Shown: positions 46,921 to 60,793 of the stretch, in pieces
How positions within the stretch are numbered: position 1 is the first letter of the stretch
Layout of the letters: every line of letters begins with the position of its first letter
Assembly (NCBI GenBank): GCA_963828735.1
Contig: CAWHFW010000005.1
Location: 1,376,001 to 1,440,000, forward strand
DNA: 64,000 nt
Direction: 5' to 3'
Source: an uncultured Gemmatimonadales bacterium
GTDB taxonomy: Bacteria > Gemmatimonadota > Gemmatimonadetes > Gemmatimonadales > GWC2-71-9
Notes under the pieces: model-generated
What the model saw: the letters and a program-made list of their open reading frames with translations, nothing else
Told to the model about the DNA's origin: nothing
Database searches by the model: none
Made by a program: the position numbers and the translations under genes

Positions 46921-48423
46921 ATGACGAGCACGGCCACGGCGCGAGGCAAGACCCGGAAGTCCGAGGTCGCCTCGTACCAGATGTACATCGACGGGAAGTT
47001 CGTCGATGCGAAGGGCGGGAAGACGTTCGACGTCTACGACCCCTCCACCGAGGGCGTCATCGCCAAGGTGCCCGCCGCCGGCCCGGCAGACATCGATCGA
47101 GCGGTGAAGGCGGCGCACCGCGCCTTCTACGAGGGCGGATGGAAGAGCGTCACCGCGCAGGAGCGGGGACGCGTTCTGCTGCGACTGGCGGAACGAATCC
47201 GCGCGCGCCGAAGCGAGCTCGCCGAGCTCGAGACGATCAACTCCGGCAAGCCGATCGTCGAGTCCGAGTACGACATGGACGATACGGCCACCTGCTACGA
47301 GTACTACGGCGGGCTCGCCACCAAGATCAACGGCGAGGTCCTCCCCGTCCCGGCCGACGCGGTGGCGTTCGCGATGCGCGAGCCGATCGGCGTGGCGGGA
47401 CAGATCATCCCGTGGAACTATCCGCTGCTCATGGCGGCCTGGAAGATCGCCCCCGCGCTGGCCGCGGGGTGCACGGTGGTGATCAAGCCCGCGGAGCAGA
47501 CGCCACTCTCCCTGCTCAAGCTGGCGGAAGACTTCGAGGCGGTCGGGCTGCCGCCGGGCGTCGTCAATGTCGTCACCGGCGACGGCCCCGGTGCGGGCGC
47601 TCCGCTGGTCGCGCATCGCGACGTCCGCAAGATCGCGTTCACCGGCAGCGCGGAGGTCGGAAAGATCATCATGCGCAGCGCGGCCGATCAGCTCAAGCGC
47701 GTCTCGCTCGAGCTGGGCGGCAAGTCGCCCAACATCTTCTTCAGCGACGCCGATTTCGAGAACGCGGTCGATGGTGCCCTCTTCGGAACCTTCGTGAACC
47801 AGGGCGAGGTCTGCTCCGCCGGGAGCCGCGTGCTGGTCCAGAAGGACATCTACAAGAAGTTCGTCGACGCCGCGGCGGCGAAGGCCAAGACCATTCGGCT
47901 GGGCCCCGGCCTCGAGCGCGACACCAAGATGGGGCCGCTGGTGAGCGCGGAGCAGCGGGACCGCGTGGCCGGCTACCTCAAGACCGGGAAGGGCGAGGCG
48001 AAGATCGCGGCGGGTGGCGGCACCCCCAAGCAGTTCGACAAGGGATGGTACGTCGAGCCCACCATCTTCTACGACGTGGACAACTCGGCCAAGATCGCGC
48101 AGGAGGAGATCTTCGGCCCGGTGATGAGCGTCATCCCGTTCAAGGACGAGGCCGACGCGATCCAGATCGCCAACGCCACGCCCTACGGCCTGGCGGCCGC
48201 GGTGTGGACCCGAGACATCTTCAAGGCCTTTCGCGTGGTGAAGGCGCTCGAGGCGGGCATCGTCTGGGTCAACCACATGCAGCCGACCTTCGTCGAAGCC
48301 CCGTGGGGCGGCTATAAGGCGTCGGGGTTCGGCCGGGAACTCGGCCATTGGGGCGTCGAGGAGTATCTCGAGACCAAGCAAGTGTTCATCAACCTCGACG
48401 AGAAGCCGATCGGCTGGTACTGA
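46921..48423 (+). CDS. Aldehyde dehydrogenase (aminoaldehyde/betaine aldehyde type)
   Basis: IIPWNYP, FTGS, LELGGKSP, QGEVC, EEIFGP. Confidence 0.95.
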   Translation: MTSTATARGKTRKSEVASYQMYIDGKFVDAKGGKTFDVYDPSTEGVIAKVPAAGPADIDRAVKAAHRAFYEGGWKSVTAQERGRVLLRLAERIRARRSELAELETINSGKPIVESEYDMDDTATCYEYYGGLATKINGEVLPVPADAVAFAMREPIGVAGQIIPWNYPLLMAAWKIAPALAAGCTVVIKPAEQTPLSLLKLAEDFEAVGLPPGVVNVVTGDGPGAGAPLVAHRDVRKIAFTGSAEVGKIIMRSAADQLKRVSLELGGKSPNIFFSDADFENAVDGALFGTFVNQGEVCSAGSRVLVQKDIYKKFVDAAAAKAKTIRLGPGLERDTKMGPLVSAEQRDRVAGYLKTGKGEAKIAAGGGTPKQFDKGWYVEPTIFYDVDNSAKIAQEEIFGPVMSVIPFKDEADAIQIANATPYGLAAAVWTRDIFKAFRVVKALEAGIVWVNHMQPTFVEAPWGGYKASGFGRELGHWGVEEYLETKQVFINLDEKPIGWY

Positions 48424-48565
48424 GTCGGACGGCGGGCGATCAGGCGGTCGCCCGCCTGCCTCACCGCTTCAGCCCCTCCGCCTGCAACGGCGGGCCGTCC
48501 ATCTGGCCGAGCCGCGCGCACCAGGGGATGTTGCGCCTGGTGCTTTCCGGTCGTTTGTTTCGGCT

Positions 48566-50341
48566 GTGATCCAAGGGCCGATACCCCCAGCCACCGACAT
48601 CGAGCTCGACGCCGCCCTGCTTCAGGCCGCCATCACGGGGGCCCTAGGCCTGCTTTGCGCGTTCCTGTTTGCGAGGTATCGGAAGCCCTACTTCGCCTGG
48701 TGGGCGCTCGCCTGGGGACTCTATCTGCTCCGGGTCGGGGCGATCACGAGCTTCATGCTGAGCGGCGAGCGCATCTGGCTCTACTGGCATCAGGTCGTCA
48801 CGGGCTGGACGGCGCTTGCCTTGCTGTACGCCGCCCTGGTGTTCTCGCAGAGTCTCCGGTGGCGCCCCTGGTACCTCGTCGCCGTGCTGTTCCCGCCGGT
48901 GTGGTCCTACGTAGCCATCTACCGTCTCGACCATTTTCTCTGGGCCGCCGGACCCGCCGTCCTGTTCCTCAGTCTGGCGACGCTCTGGACCGGGTGGGTG
49001 TTCTACCGCTACCGGCGGCGTGTCGCCTCGAGTGGGGCGGGCCTCCTCGCAGTGGCCTTCGCGCTCTGGGGTCTCCACCACCTCGACTATCCGTTCCTGC
49101 GCGCGCGGGGGACGTGGGCGCCGTGGGGCTACTACCTCGACATCCTCTTCGCGCTCGCCGTCGGCGCCGGCATCCTGCTGCTGGTGCTCGACGATCTGCG
49201 TCGAGGGCTGAGCGCGCTGTCGGCCCTGTCCGGCGATCTGCAGCGCGCCGGCCGGGAGCCGGACGTGCTCGCCGCGCTCCTGGCGCGCCCGCTCACGCTT
49301 CCCGCTGTTCGCGGCAGCGCGCTCTATCTGTACGAGGAAGGTCGGCCGCGGCTCGTGCGGGGCGCCGGCGTCTACGAAGGCCGCGCGCCGGACCTCGACG
49401 CCTCGGCGGCGGTCGTGCTCGCGCGCGCGCGAGAGACGGGTCTCCCCCAGGTCACCAGTGACTGGCGTGAGCCCGGTACGCCGGCGTTTCCGTACGCGGC
49501 CGTGCTGCCGCTCTTTCGCCGCGAGGAAACCATGGGGGCGCTGGTGCTCGTGGGCGACGCGCGCGATCCCTTCACCGCGCTCGATGACCGGTTCCTGGTG
49601 GCGCTCGGACAGCAGGTGGGAGCCGCGCTCGAGAACGCCGACCTCTACACTCGCCTGCACGACCGCACCCTCGAGCTCGGCCGGCTGTCCGCCCGAATGG
49701 TCGAGCAGCACGAGGAGGAGCGCCGCCGCCTCTCGCGCGAGCTGCACGACGAAACGGCGCAGGTGTTCTCAGCGGTCAAGATGGAGCTGGGCCTGTTGCA
49801 GGACGCCGTCGGACCCGACCAGTCCGCGCGCCTCGACCGCGCGCTGGCGCTGATCGACACCGGGATCCGCAGCATCCGGAACGTCACCAACGATCTGCGC
49901 CCGTCCCTGCTCGACGATCTTGGCCTCCTGCCGGCATTGCGCTCCCTCGTGGCGGATTTCGGGGCACGAAGCGACATGCACGTCGGGTTCGCAGCGCCGA
50001 GCACCCTGCCACCCCTGTCCAAGGAGGCCGAGCTGGCCCTGTTTCGTGCGCTCCAGGAGGCGCTCTCGAACGTGCGGCGCCACTCGGATGCCGGGCGCGT
50101 GGACATCCGACTCTCGGTCGATGCCTCCGTGCTGAAGCTCGGTGTTGCCGACGACGGCCGGGGTCCTCCCGAGCTCAGCCCAGAGCGCCTCGAGCGTGAA
50201 GGCCACATGGGGCTGGCCGGAATGCGGGAGCGGATCAGCGCGCTCGGCGGCAGCGTACGATTCGGCCGCTCGCCGGAGCGCGGCGCTTCGCTCGAGATCG
50301 CGATGCCCCTCGAGGCCGTGGACCCGGCGCCGACGCCGTGA
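48566..50341 (+). CDS. Multi-TM GAF HisKA_3 sensor histidine kinase
   Basis: About 7 TM helices, GAF, ERRRLSRELHD, QEALSNVRRH, DDGRG, GLAGMRER. Confidence 0.92.
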   Translation: MIQGPIPPATDIELDAALLQAAITGALGLLCAFLFARYRKPYFAWWALAWGLYLLRVGAITSFMLSGERIWLYWHQVVTGWTALALLYAALVFSQSLRWRPWYLVAVLFPPVWSYVAIYRLDHFLWAAGPAVLFLSLATLWTGWVFYRYRRRVASSGAGLLAVAFALWGLHHLDYPFLRARGTWAPWGYYLDILFALAVGAGILLLVLDDLRRGLSALSALSGDLQRAGREPDVLAALLARPLTLPAVRGSALYLYEEGRPRLVRGAGVYEGRAPDLDASAAVVLARARETGLPQVTSDWREPGTPAFPYAAVLPLFRREETMGALVLVGDARDPFTALDDRFLVALGQQVGAALENADLYTRLHDRTLELGRLSARMVEQHEEERRRLSRELHDETAQVFSAVKMELGLLQDAVGPDQSARLDRALALIDTGIRSIRNVTNDLRPSLLDDLGLLPALRSLVADFGARSDMHVGFAAPSTLPPLSKEAELALFRALQEALSNVRRHSDAGRVDIRLSVDASVLKLGVADDGRGPPELSPERLEREGHMGLAGMRERISALGGSVRFGRSPERGASLEIAMPLEAVDPAPTP

Positions 50342-50991
50342 GCGACGCCGTCATTCGGGTGCTCGTCGCCGACGACCACGCCATCGTGCGGACCGGCATC
50401 CGTCACGTGCTGGAGACCGAATTGGGCTTCTCGGTGGTCGGCGAGGCGTCGAACGGCACGGAAGCGCTCGCCATCGCGCTCGAGCTCCGTCCTGATGTGG
50501 CCGTCCTCGATATCTCGATGCCCGGCGTGTCCGGTCTCCAGACAGCGGCGGAGCTGCGACGACGCCTCCCGGATACGCGAATTCTCGTCCTCAGCATGCA
50601 CGACAACACCGAGTACGTGCTCGAGAGCCTGCGGGTCGGGGTGCACGGGTATCTGCTCAAGGACAGCGCCGCCGCCGAGCTCGGCGCCGCAATCCGCGCC
50701 GTCTGTCGGGGCGAGTCGTTCTTCAGTCCACCGGTGGCCCGGCAGCTCGGCGCCGTGGTTCGCGGCGAGATCGGCGGCATTCGTGCCGGCGCGCTGGCCC
50801 AGCTCACCGCGCGAGAGCGGCAGGTGCTCATCGGGGTCGCCGGAGGCCGGACCAACAAGGAGATCGCCCAGGAGCTGGGGATCAGCCACCGGACAGTGGA
50901 GAGCCATCGCGAGAGCTTGATGCGGAAGCTCGACGTCTACACTGTCGCCGGCCTGACGAAGATCGCGCTGGAAGCAGGCCTGGTACCCTGA
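50338..50991 (+). CDS. NarL/LuxR-family response regulator
   Basis: ADDH, LDISMP, LTARERQV, TNKEIA. Confidence 0.95.
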   Translation: MSDAVIRVLVADDHAIVRTGIRHVLETELGFSVVGEASNGTEALAIALELRPDVAVLDISMPGVSGLQTAAELRRRLPDTRILVLSMHDNTEYVLESLRVGVHGYLLKDSAAAELGAAIRAVCRGESFFSPPVARQLGAVVRGEIGGIRAGALAQLTARERQVLIGVAGGRTNKEIAQELGISHRTVESHRESLMRKLDVYTVAGLTKIALEAGLVP

Positions 50992-51011
50992 GTGACGACT
51001 ATATTGCCCGG

Positions 51012-52124
51012 ATGAGCAAGGTGAAGACGGGCATCGTGATGATGAACCTCGGCGGCCCGGCCAATCTCGACGAGGTGGAACCCTTCCTGCTCGAGCTGTT
51101 TGCCGACCGCGAGATCATCAAGCTCCCCTTTCAGCGCTGGCTTGGCCCGTTCATCGCGCGGCGACGCGCCCCCAAGGTGCGTGGCCTGTACGAGAAGATC
51201 GGCGGCGGGTCACCCATTCTCCGCTACACCCGAGCCCAGGGCGAAGGCATGGTGGCGCGACTCGACCTGATCTCGCCCGAGACCGCTCCTCACGGCTTTT
51301 ACATCGCGTTCCGATACGTGCAGCCCAAGAGCGAGGATGCCCTCCGGGCCATGGCCCGGGACGGGGTCGAGCGGGCCGTCGCCTTCACGCAGTATCCCCA
51401 GTTCTCCTGCAGCACCACCGGGTCCAGCTTGAACGAGCTCTGGCGTGCCGCCGATCGCACGGGCCTGCGGGACGCCTTCGCATGGAGCATCATCGATCGC
51501 TGGCCCCTGCACGAGGGATTCGTCGCATCCATGGCCCAGACGATTCGCGAAGGCCTCGAGCAGTTCGAGCCGGCGGACCGCGACCGCGTCCTGGTCCTCT
51601 TCAGCGCGCACTCGCTTCCGCTCGACGTGATCGATCGTGGCGATGCCTACCCGCAGGAGATCGGCGCGAGCGTTCAGGCCGTGGTGGACCGGCTCGCGGC
51701 GCCGAACCCGTACCTCCTGGCGTACCAGTCGGAAGTCGGGCCGGTGCGATGGCTCGGGCCGAGCACGGAGCGGGTGATCCGGCGCCTCGGCGCGCGCGGC
51801 CAGAAACACCTTCTCGTGGTCCCGATCGCCTTCACCAGCGACCACATCGAGACGCTGTCAGAGCTCGATCGCGAGTACGGCGAGGTGGCTCATCGCGCGG
51901 GAATCACGCACTACAAGCGAACGCCCGCCCTGAACGACCGGACGCAGTTCATCGACGCCCTCGCGGACATCGTACGCGAACATCTCGCCTCGGGTCGGCC
52001 GTACGGGCGGTTGTATCGCACGCGCTGTCCGGGATGTGAGAACCCAGAGTGTCGGCAGATCCTGAGCCCCGTGACGGACGGGGCCCTGCCCGAGGCCCCG
52101 GTCGCGAGGACGCCCCGGGGCTGA
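51012..52124 (+). CDS. hemH: Ferrochelatase with [2Fe-2S] cysteine motif
   Basis: NLGGP, IGGGSP, YPQFSCSTTGS, FSAHSLP, FTSDHIETL, C-terminal CPGCENPEC. Confidence 0.95.
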   Translation: MSKVKTGIVMMNLGGPANLDEVEPFLLELFADREIIKLPFQRWLGPFIARRRAPKVRGLYEKIGGGSPILRYTRAQGEGMVARLDLISPETAPHGFYIAFRYVQPKSEDALRAMARDGVERAVAFTQYPQFSCSTTGSSLNELWRAADRTGLRDAFAWSIIDRWPLHEGFVASMAQTIREGLEQFEPADRDRVLVLFSAHSLPLDVIDRGDAYPQEIGASVQAVVDRLAAPNPYLLAYQSEVGPVRWLGPSTERVIRRLGARGQKHLLVVPIAFTSDHIETLSELDREYGEVAHRAGITHYKRTPALNDRTQFIDALADIVREHLASGRPYGRLYRTRCPGCENPECRQILSPVTDGALPEAPVARTPRG

Positions 52125-52144
52125 TCGGGGGGAGGTCCAAGAAT

Positions 52145-52180
52145 GACAGCGGGGGCATGCGTCGGCATGCCCCCGCTGTC
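52145..52180. repeat. REP-like palindrome, GGGGGCATGC family (between convergent genes)
   Basis: GACAGCGGGGGCATGC-GTCG-GCATGCCCCCGCTGTC. Confidence 0.65.
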
Positions 52181-52211
52181 CATTCCGAACGACTCCGACC
52201 GCGACGCCTGC

Positions 52212-53408
52212 CTACTCGTCCCGCAGGGATCGGCTCACCGGGTACAGCACCCGGCGCACCAGCCGCTCCGCCATCTGCTTCACGATAAGCCGCTCGCGCT
52301 CGGTCAGGTTCGCCAACTGGGCCAGCGCCCGGACGGCTTCCTGCTCCGCCACCTCCGCACCGCGGCGGTGCAACTCGGCCAGGCGCGGCGCCGCCGCCCG
52401 GCCACGGAGCTGCTGCTCCAAGCGAACGATTTCCTCGTCGAGCACGCACTCGGCATCATGCAGCGCGGCCGCGGGTGCCGCGGCGGCCGGGCAGCACAGC
52501 TGCTGCAGATCATCGAGGTCGAAGAGTCGCACCCCCGACAGCGCCCGCGACTCGGGTTCGACGTTGCGCGGGACCGACAAGTCCATCGTGATCAGCGGCG
52601 CCGGCCGCCCCGCGACCGCCGCGGCGAGCTCGGCGGCCGACAGGACCGGCCGCGCGGCGGCTGTGGCGACGAAGAGGAGCTCCGCGGACGGGAGGCGCTC
52701 GGCGAGTGTCTCCCAGCCGTGGGCCGACGCTCCCCAGGCTTCGGCGAGGACGCGAGCCCGCTCCGGATTCCGATTGACCAGTGCCACCCGAGTGGCGCGG
52801 CAGGCGTGCAACGCACGGAGCACGCCCTCCGCGGCTTCGCCCGCCCCCAGCACGACGACCGCCCGGTCCCCGATGCCGTCGGTCCACTCTCGAGCGGCGA
52901 CCTCGACGGCGGCCGAGCTCACCGAGGTGGGGTGCCGGCCCAGGGACGTCTCGTTGCGTACCCGGCGCCCCGTGGACAACGCGGCGGAGAAGATCGCGTC
53001 CATATCCCGGGTCGTCGTGCCAACGGCGCGCGCCGCATCATAGGCGCGGCGAACCTGGCCAAGGATTTCGGTCTCGCCCAGGATCTGCGAGTCGAGGCCC
53101 GCGGCAACTGTGAAGAGATGACGCACCGCCGCGACGTCGTCCTTGCGAACCAGGGCCTCCGAGAGGGTCGCGCCACGCGCGCGGGCGAGGTCCCGGAACC
53201 ACGACTCGTAGTCGTGCGACCCCGACCAATACAGCTCGAACCGATTGCAGGTGGAGAGGAGCAACGCGGACCGACCCGCTGCGCGTTCGCGCGTTAGCAG
53301 GTCGTCGAGCTCGGCGGGGGTGAACGCAAACTGCTCCCGTACGCCGACGGTGGCGGTGTGGTGGCTAAAGCCAACGACATGGAATGACAGATCTTGGAGC
53401 ACACCCAA
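52212..53408 (-). CDS. hemA: Glutamyl-tRNA reductase
   Basis: LSTCNRFE, GLDSQILGETEILGQ, GAGE, DLSVPRNVE. Confidence 0.95.
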   Translation of the reverse strand: MGVLQDLSFHVVGFSHHTATVGVREQFAFTPAELDDLLTRERAAGRSALLLSTCNRFELYWSGSHDYESWFRDLARARGATLSEALVRKDDVAAVRHLFTVAAGLDSQILGETEILGQVRRAYDAARAVGTTTRDMDAIFSAALSTGRRVRNETSLGRHPTSVSSAAVEVAAREWTDGIGDRAVVVLGAGEAAEGVLRALHACRATRVALVNRNPERARVLAEAWGASAHGWETLAERLPSAELLFVATAAARPVLSAAELAAAVAGRPAPLITMDLSVPRNVEPESRALSGVRLFDLDDLQQLCCPAAAAPAAALHDAECVLDEEIVRLEQQLRGRAAAPRLAELHRRGAEVAEQEAVRALAQLANLTERERLIVKQMAERLVRRVLYPVSRSLRDE

Positions 53409-53524
53409 CCCTACAAGCCGGCTGGAAAGGCGACAATCCGCATCCGTGCGGACCCGCTCTCCGTAGAACTACGGAAAACACCGTTTGAGGCCTGAGCTGC
53501 GCCTGGGGGTACTCGCGATCCAGG

Positions 53525-54451
53525 TCAGCGCTCGAGGATGGTGATGGGATGCGTGCGGGAGAAGAGGATCATGGCGTCCGCTGCCATGCGGATGGGAAAC
53601 CGCGACGGCCAGAACTCCAGGCTGTATCCCTCCTGCTCGACGTCGTACAATGGCTCGCGAACCGCGTCCAGCGTCGAATCCATGACCGCCGCGAAGTTGA
53701 CGCCGGGCCCCCTGGAGGCCAGGGCATCGAAGACGCGCGTTGCAGCGTGTCCCGCGTCCTGCAGTGCATCGGAGAGGATGGTGTACACCTCGAAGCCATC
53801 GTCGGCCAGATATCCCGCGAACCAGTGATCGAAGCGGTCGTGCGCCTTGCCGAGCTTCACCTCGCCACCGACGACCCTGAGCCCGTGGTAGCCCCCCATG
53901 AAAATCAGGGTCCGCCACTCCGGATGCTGCTCGAGCGCTTTGCGGAAGGCGGCGGCCATCCAAACGTCGCGATTCACGAAGCCACCGGTGGCCATGTGCT
54001 CGGTGAGCGAGGCGATGGGCCAGCCCCGGATGTCGGCCGCGAGCACGTGGACCGCGCGATCGGGGTGATCGGCATTCCACCGGTATACGGCCCGATAGAT
54101 GTCGAGGTACTCCACGCTGGCGCCCCAATGCGACCGTAGGGTGCGCGGGTTGTCGAGGAGAATCGTCGTGTCTTCGGGCACCGAGGCGAGGTAGTGGTCG
54201 ATGGCCTCCTGCTGTTCCGAGGCTACCTCGAGCGCCAGGAGATCGATCGACGCTCCGGGCGCCTGCTCCCGGATGAGACGCGCCAGCAGCAGCTTGGGCT
54301 CGGCGAGGGGATGGATGTCGCCCAGGAAGACGATGCGGTGCCGGCCGAGCGCGGACTGTGCGAACTCGAAAGGATCGTAGGTCTGGGCGCGAAGCGGGGA
54401 CGCGGCGATGGCAAGTGGGAGGAGAACCGAGCGGAGAACCCGTGAGCCCAT
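53525..54451 (-). CDS. Exported ChaN/EreA-like fold protein
   Basis: Signal peptide, IVFLGDIH, LALEV, RD..MA, GGYH. Confidence 0.6.
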   Translation of the reverse strand: MGSRVLRSVLLPLAIAASPLRAQTYDPFEFAQSALGRHRIVFLGDIHPLAEPKLLLARLIREQAPGASIDLLALEVASEQQEAIDHYLASVPEDTTILLDNPRTLRSHWGASVEYLDIYRAVYRWNADHPDRAVHVLAADIRGWPIASLTEHMATGGFVNRDVWMAAAFRKALEQHPEWRTLIFMGGYHGLRVVGGEVKLGKAHDRFDHWFAGYLADDGFEVYTILSDALQDAGHAATRVFDALASRGPGVNFAAVMDSTLDAVREPLYDVEQEGYSLEFWPSRFPIRMAADAMILFSRTHPITILER

Positions 54452-54488
54452 GGTGAGGGTACCCGGTGGGGCGACGAAGGCTCCCGGA

Positions 54489-55591
<1,103 letters not shown>

Positions 55592-55595
<4 letters not shown>

Positions 55596-57022
55596 TCGCG
55601 GAACCGGTTCCGTCCGTCACTCTTCGCGCGGTACAGGTGGCTGTCCGCCAGGCGCAGCAGAGATTCGCCATCGGAGACCCGCTCGTCAGGGTACGAGGCG
55701 ATGCCGACGCTGATGGTCACGCGCACGGGTTTGCCCGGCTCGCCGAAGTCGTGGGTCGCGACCCGCCGCAGAATGCGCTCGGCGAAGTTCCGCGACTCGG
55801 CCGACGTGGTTTCGGGCAGCAGCACCACGAACTCCTCGCCGCCATACCGCGCGACGATGTCCACCGACCGCTGCTCGCGCTTGAGCAGGTTGGCCAGCTG
55901 CTTGAGCACTCGGTCGCCCACGAGGTGGCCGTGCGTGTCGTTGATCTGCTTGAAGTTGTCGATGTCGATCATCATCCCGGTGAGCATGGTGGCGTACCGG
56001 GCGGCGCGGTCCATCTCCTGCTCGAGCTTCTCCATCAGTGCGCGGCGGTTGAAGCAGTTGGTCAGCGGGTCGGTCTCCGCGAGGTGCCGCATCTGCTCCT
56101 GGCCCATGACCGCGTTCTCGAGGTCGTACGCCTTTTCGAGCGCCGACACCGCCGCGACGATCACCTGCTCGGAGAACTGGACGTCCTGCTCGTTGAGGGG
56201 CGCGTCCTCGGTCGTGGTTCTGAGGAAGAAGACGCCCGCCGGCTGGCCCCGAAGCGAGAATCTGAGGGCGATCGCGGACCGGGTCTGGACCGGCTGCGGC
56301 TCGTTGGACCAGCCGTTCCGGACGGCCTCGTAGAGGGGATCGGTCGTCGCGTCCCGAATCAGCACGACCTCGCCGCTGACGAGCGCGCGACGGATCTCGG
56401 GGTACTTGCCCAGGTCCACGGACAGGTTGCGGAGCATCGGGTCCTCGAATGCCGCGACGACGGTGCCGGTCTCGTCGTCGGGGCCCGCGACCACGATGGA
56501 ACAGCGGGAGATATTGAGCCCGTGCGCAACCCGCCGGACGAGGACCTGATAGATCTCCTCCGGCTTGAGCGAGGCCGTCATCTCCTGCATGATGTCCATC
56601 ATCTCCGACCGCGACCGCGCTTCCGCGCGGGCCTGGTTCAGCTCGCGGCCGACGCGGAGGTGGGCTTTCACCCGCGCCAGGAGCTCGCGCACGCGGAACG
56701 GCTTGGGAATGAAGTCGGCGGCGCCGAGGCCGAGCGAGCGCACGGTCGCCTCCTCCGGCGGCATCGACGAGATCATGAGGACCGGGAGGTCCTTGTAGCG
56801 ATGGTCGGACTTGACCTTCTGCAGGAGCTGGAGGCCGTCCACCTTGGGCATCATGATGTCGAGCAGGAGGAGGTCGAACGGCTCCGCTTCCAGATGGTCG
56901 AACAGGTGCTCACCTCCCGGTACGGTGAGCACGTCGTAGCCGTTCTCCTTGAGGATCCAGGACAGGGTGCGCGACAGCGCCTGGTCGTCGTCCGCGACGA
57001 GGATCTTCGGGGAGAGCGGCAT
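55592..57022 (-). CDS. REC-GAF-GGDEF diguanylate cyclase
   Basis: REC, GAF, DIDNFKQIND, RSVD I-site, RYGGEEF. Confidence 0.95.
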
Positions 57023-58000
57023 TCAGCCTACCAGGCGTTGATAGAGGTCGGGGTCGACGTTGCCGCCGCTCACGACGGCGACCGTGGGCCCTTCGGGCCG
57101 CACACGGCCCGCGAGCAAGGCCGCCACGGCAACGGCGCCGGACGGCTCGGCGCGGAGGTCGGCGTGGTGGTGCAGATGTCGAACGGCCTCGGCGATGTCG
57201 TCCTCGGAAACGGTGACGGCCTCGCGCACGACTCGCCGGAGCAGATCGAAGGTGAGGGTCCCCACGGAGCGGGACAACAGGCCGTCGGCCATGCTGGCCG
57301 TCTGCTCGAGCGTGCGTGGAGCGCCAGCGGCCAGGGCGGCCGTCAGCTTGGCGGCGCCGGCGGGCTCGACCCCGATGACGCGCACCGAAGGCGCCAGCGC
57401 GGCCACCGCGACCGAGATGCCGGCGATGAGCCCGCCACCGCTCACGGGCACGAGGATGGTGCGCACGTCCGGCCGCTGCTCGAGGATCTCGAGGCCGATG
57501 GTGCCCTGTCCGGCGATGACGTCGGGGTGATCGAAGGGAGGGATGAGCGCGAGCTCCTCCTCGCGTGCGATCGCCTCGGCGCGGGCGCCCTGCTCCGCCG
57601 AGCGCGTCGCGCCGGCCAGGACCACTTCGCCGCCGTGCTGCCGAACGCCGTCGATCTTCACCTTCGGCGTGGACTCGGGCATCACGACGACGGCCCGGAG
57701 CCCGAAGCGCCGTGCGGCGAACGCCAGGGCCTGCCCGTGGTTCCCGCTCGACGCCGTGACCACGCCCCGGGCGCCGCCCCGGCCGACGAGCCGGGCGAGG
57801 GCGTGGTAGGCCCCGCGGATCTTGAAGGCGCCGATGGGCTGGAGCAGCTCGCACTTGAGAGCGACCGGGACGCCGACCCGCGCGGACAGCTCGGGCGCAT
57901 CGCGGAGGGGAGTACGCATCGCGACGCCGGCGAGCACGCGAGCGGCCGCTCGGACAGCGTCCAGCGTCACGGGAGAAGTCGGATCGGCGGTCTGCAGCAT
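57023..58000 (-). CDS. Threonine/serine dehydratase (PLP, fold II)
   Basis: GAFKIRGA, ASSGNHGQ, GQGT, SGGN. No ACT domain. Confidence 0.9.
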   Translation of the reverse strand: MLQTADPTSPVTLDAVRAAARVLAGVAMRTPLRDAPELSARVGVPVALKCELLQPIGAFKIRGAYHALARLVGRGGARGVVTASSGNHGQALAFAARRFGLRAVVVMPESTPKVKIDGVRQHGGEVVLAGATRSAEQGARAEAIAREEELALIPPFDHPDVIAGQGTIGLEILEQRPDVRTILVPVSGGGLIAGISVAVAALAPSVRVIGVEPAGAAKLTAALAAGAPRTLEQTASMADGLLSRSVGTLTFDLLRRVVREAVTVSEDDIAEAVRHLHHHADLRAEPSGAVAVAALLAGRVRPEGPTVAVVSGGNVDPDLYQRLVG

Positions 58001-58055
58001 AGGATGTCCTGCTAAATGCGCCGGGGGGGCCGCTTAGGCAAGCCCCCCCGCGCCG

Positions 58056-60554
<2,499 letters not shown>

Positions 60555-60728
60555 ATCGGTCGCTGGCTATTGGGAAAAGACCTGCGACCCCGGCGGAAGC
60601 CGAGGCCCCCAAATATACCCCGGAGGCGTTCCCGGACGCAACGGTCACAACCGCACGGAAGTGCCTGACGGATATGGGGTTAGGATGATGGCTAACAGCT
60701 CGAATGCGAAGTGATGCTGAGGGCGACG

Positions 60729-60762
60729 GAAGGGGGCATTGCCGGCAAGGCTTGCCCCCTTC
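60729..60762. repeat. Degenerate GGGGGCA palindrome / terminator
   Basis: GAAGGGGGCA...TGCCCCCTTC downstream of the M28 peptidase. Confidence 0.5.
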
Positions 60763-60793
60763 GCTCGACTCCGGTGATTCGCGGCTCAGGACG

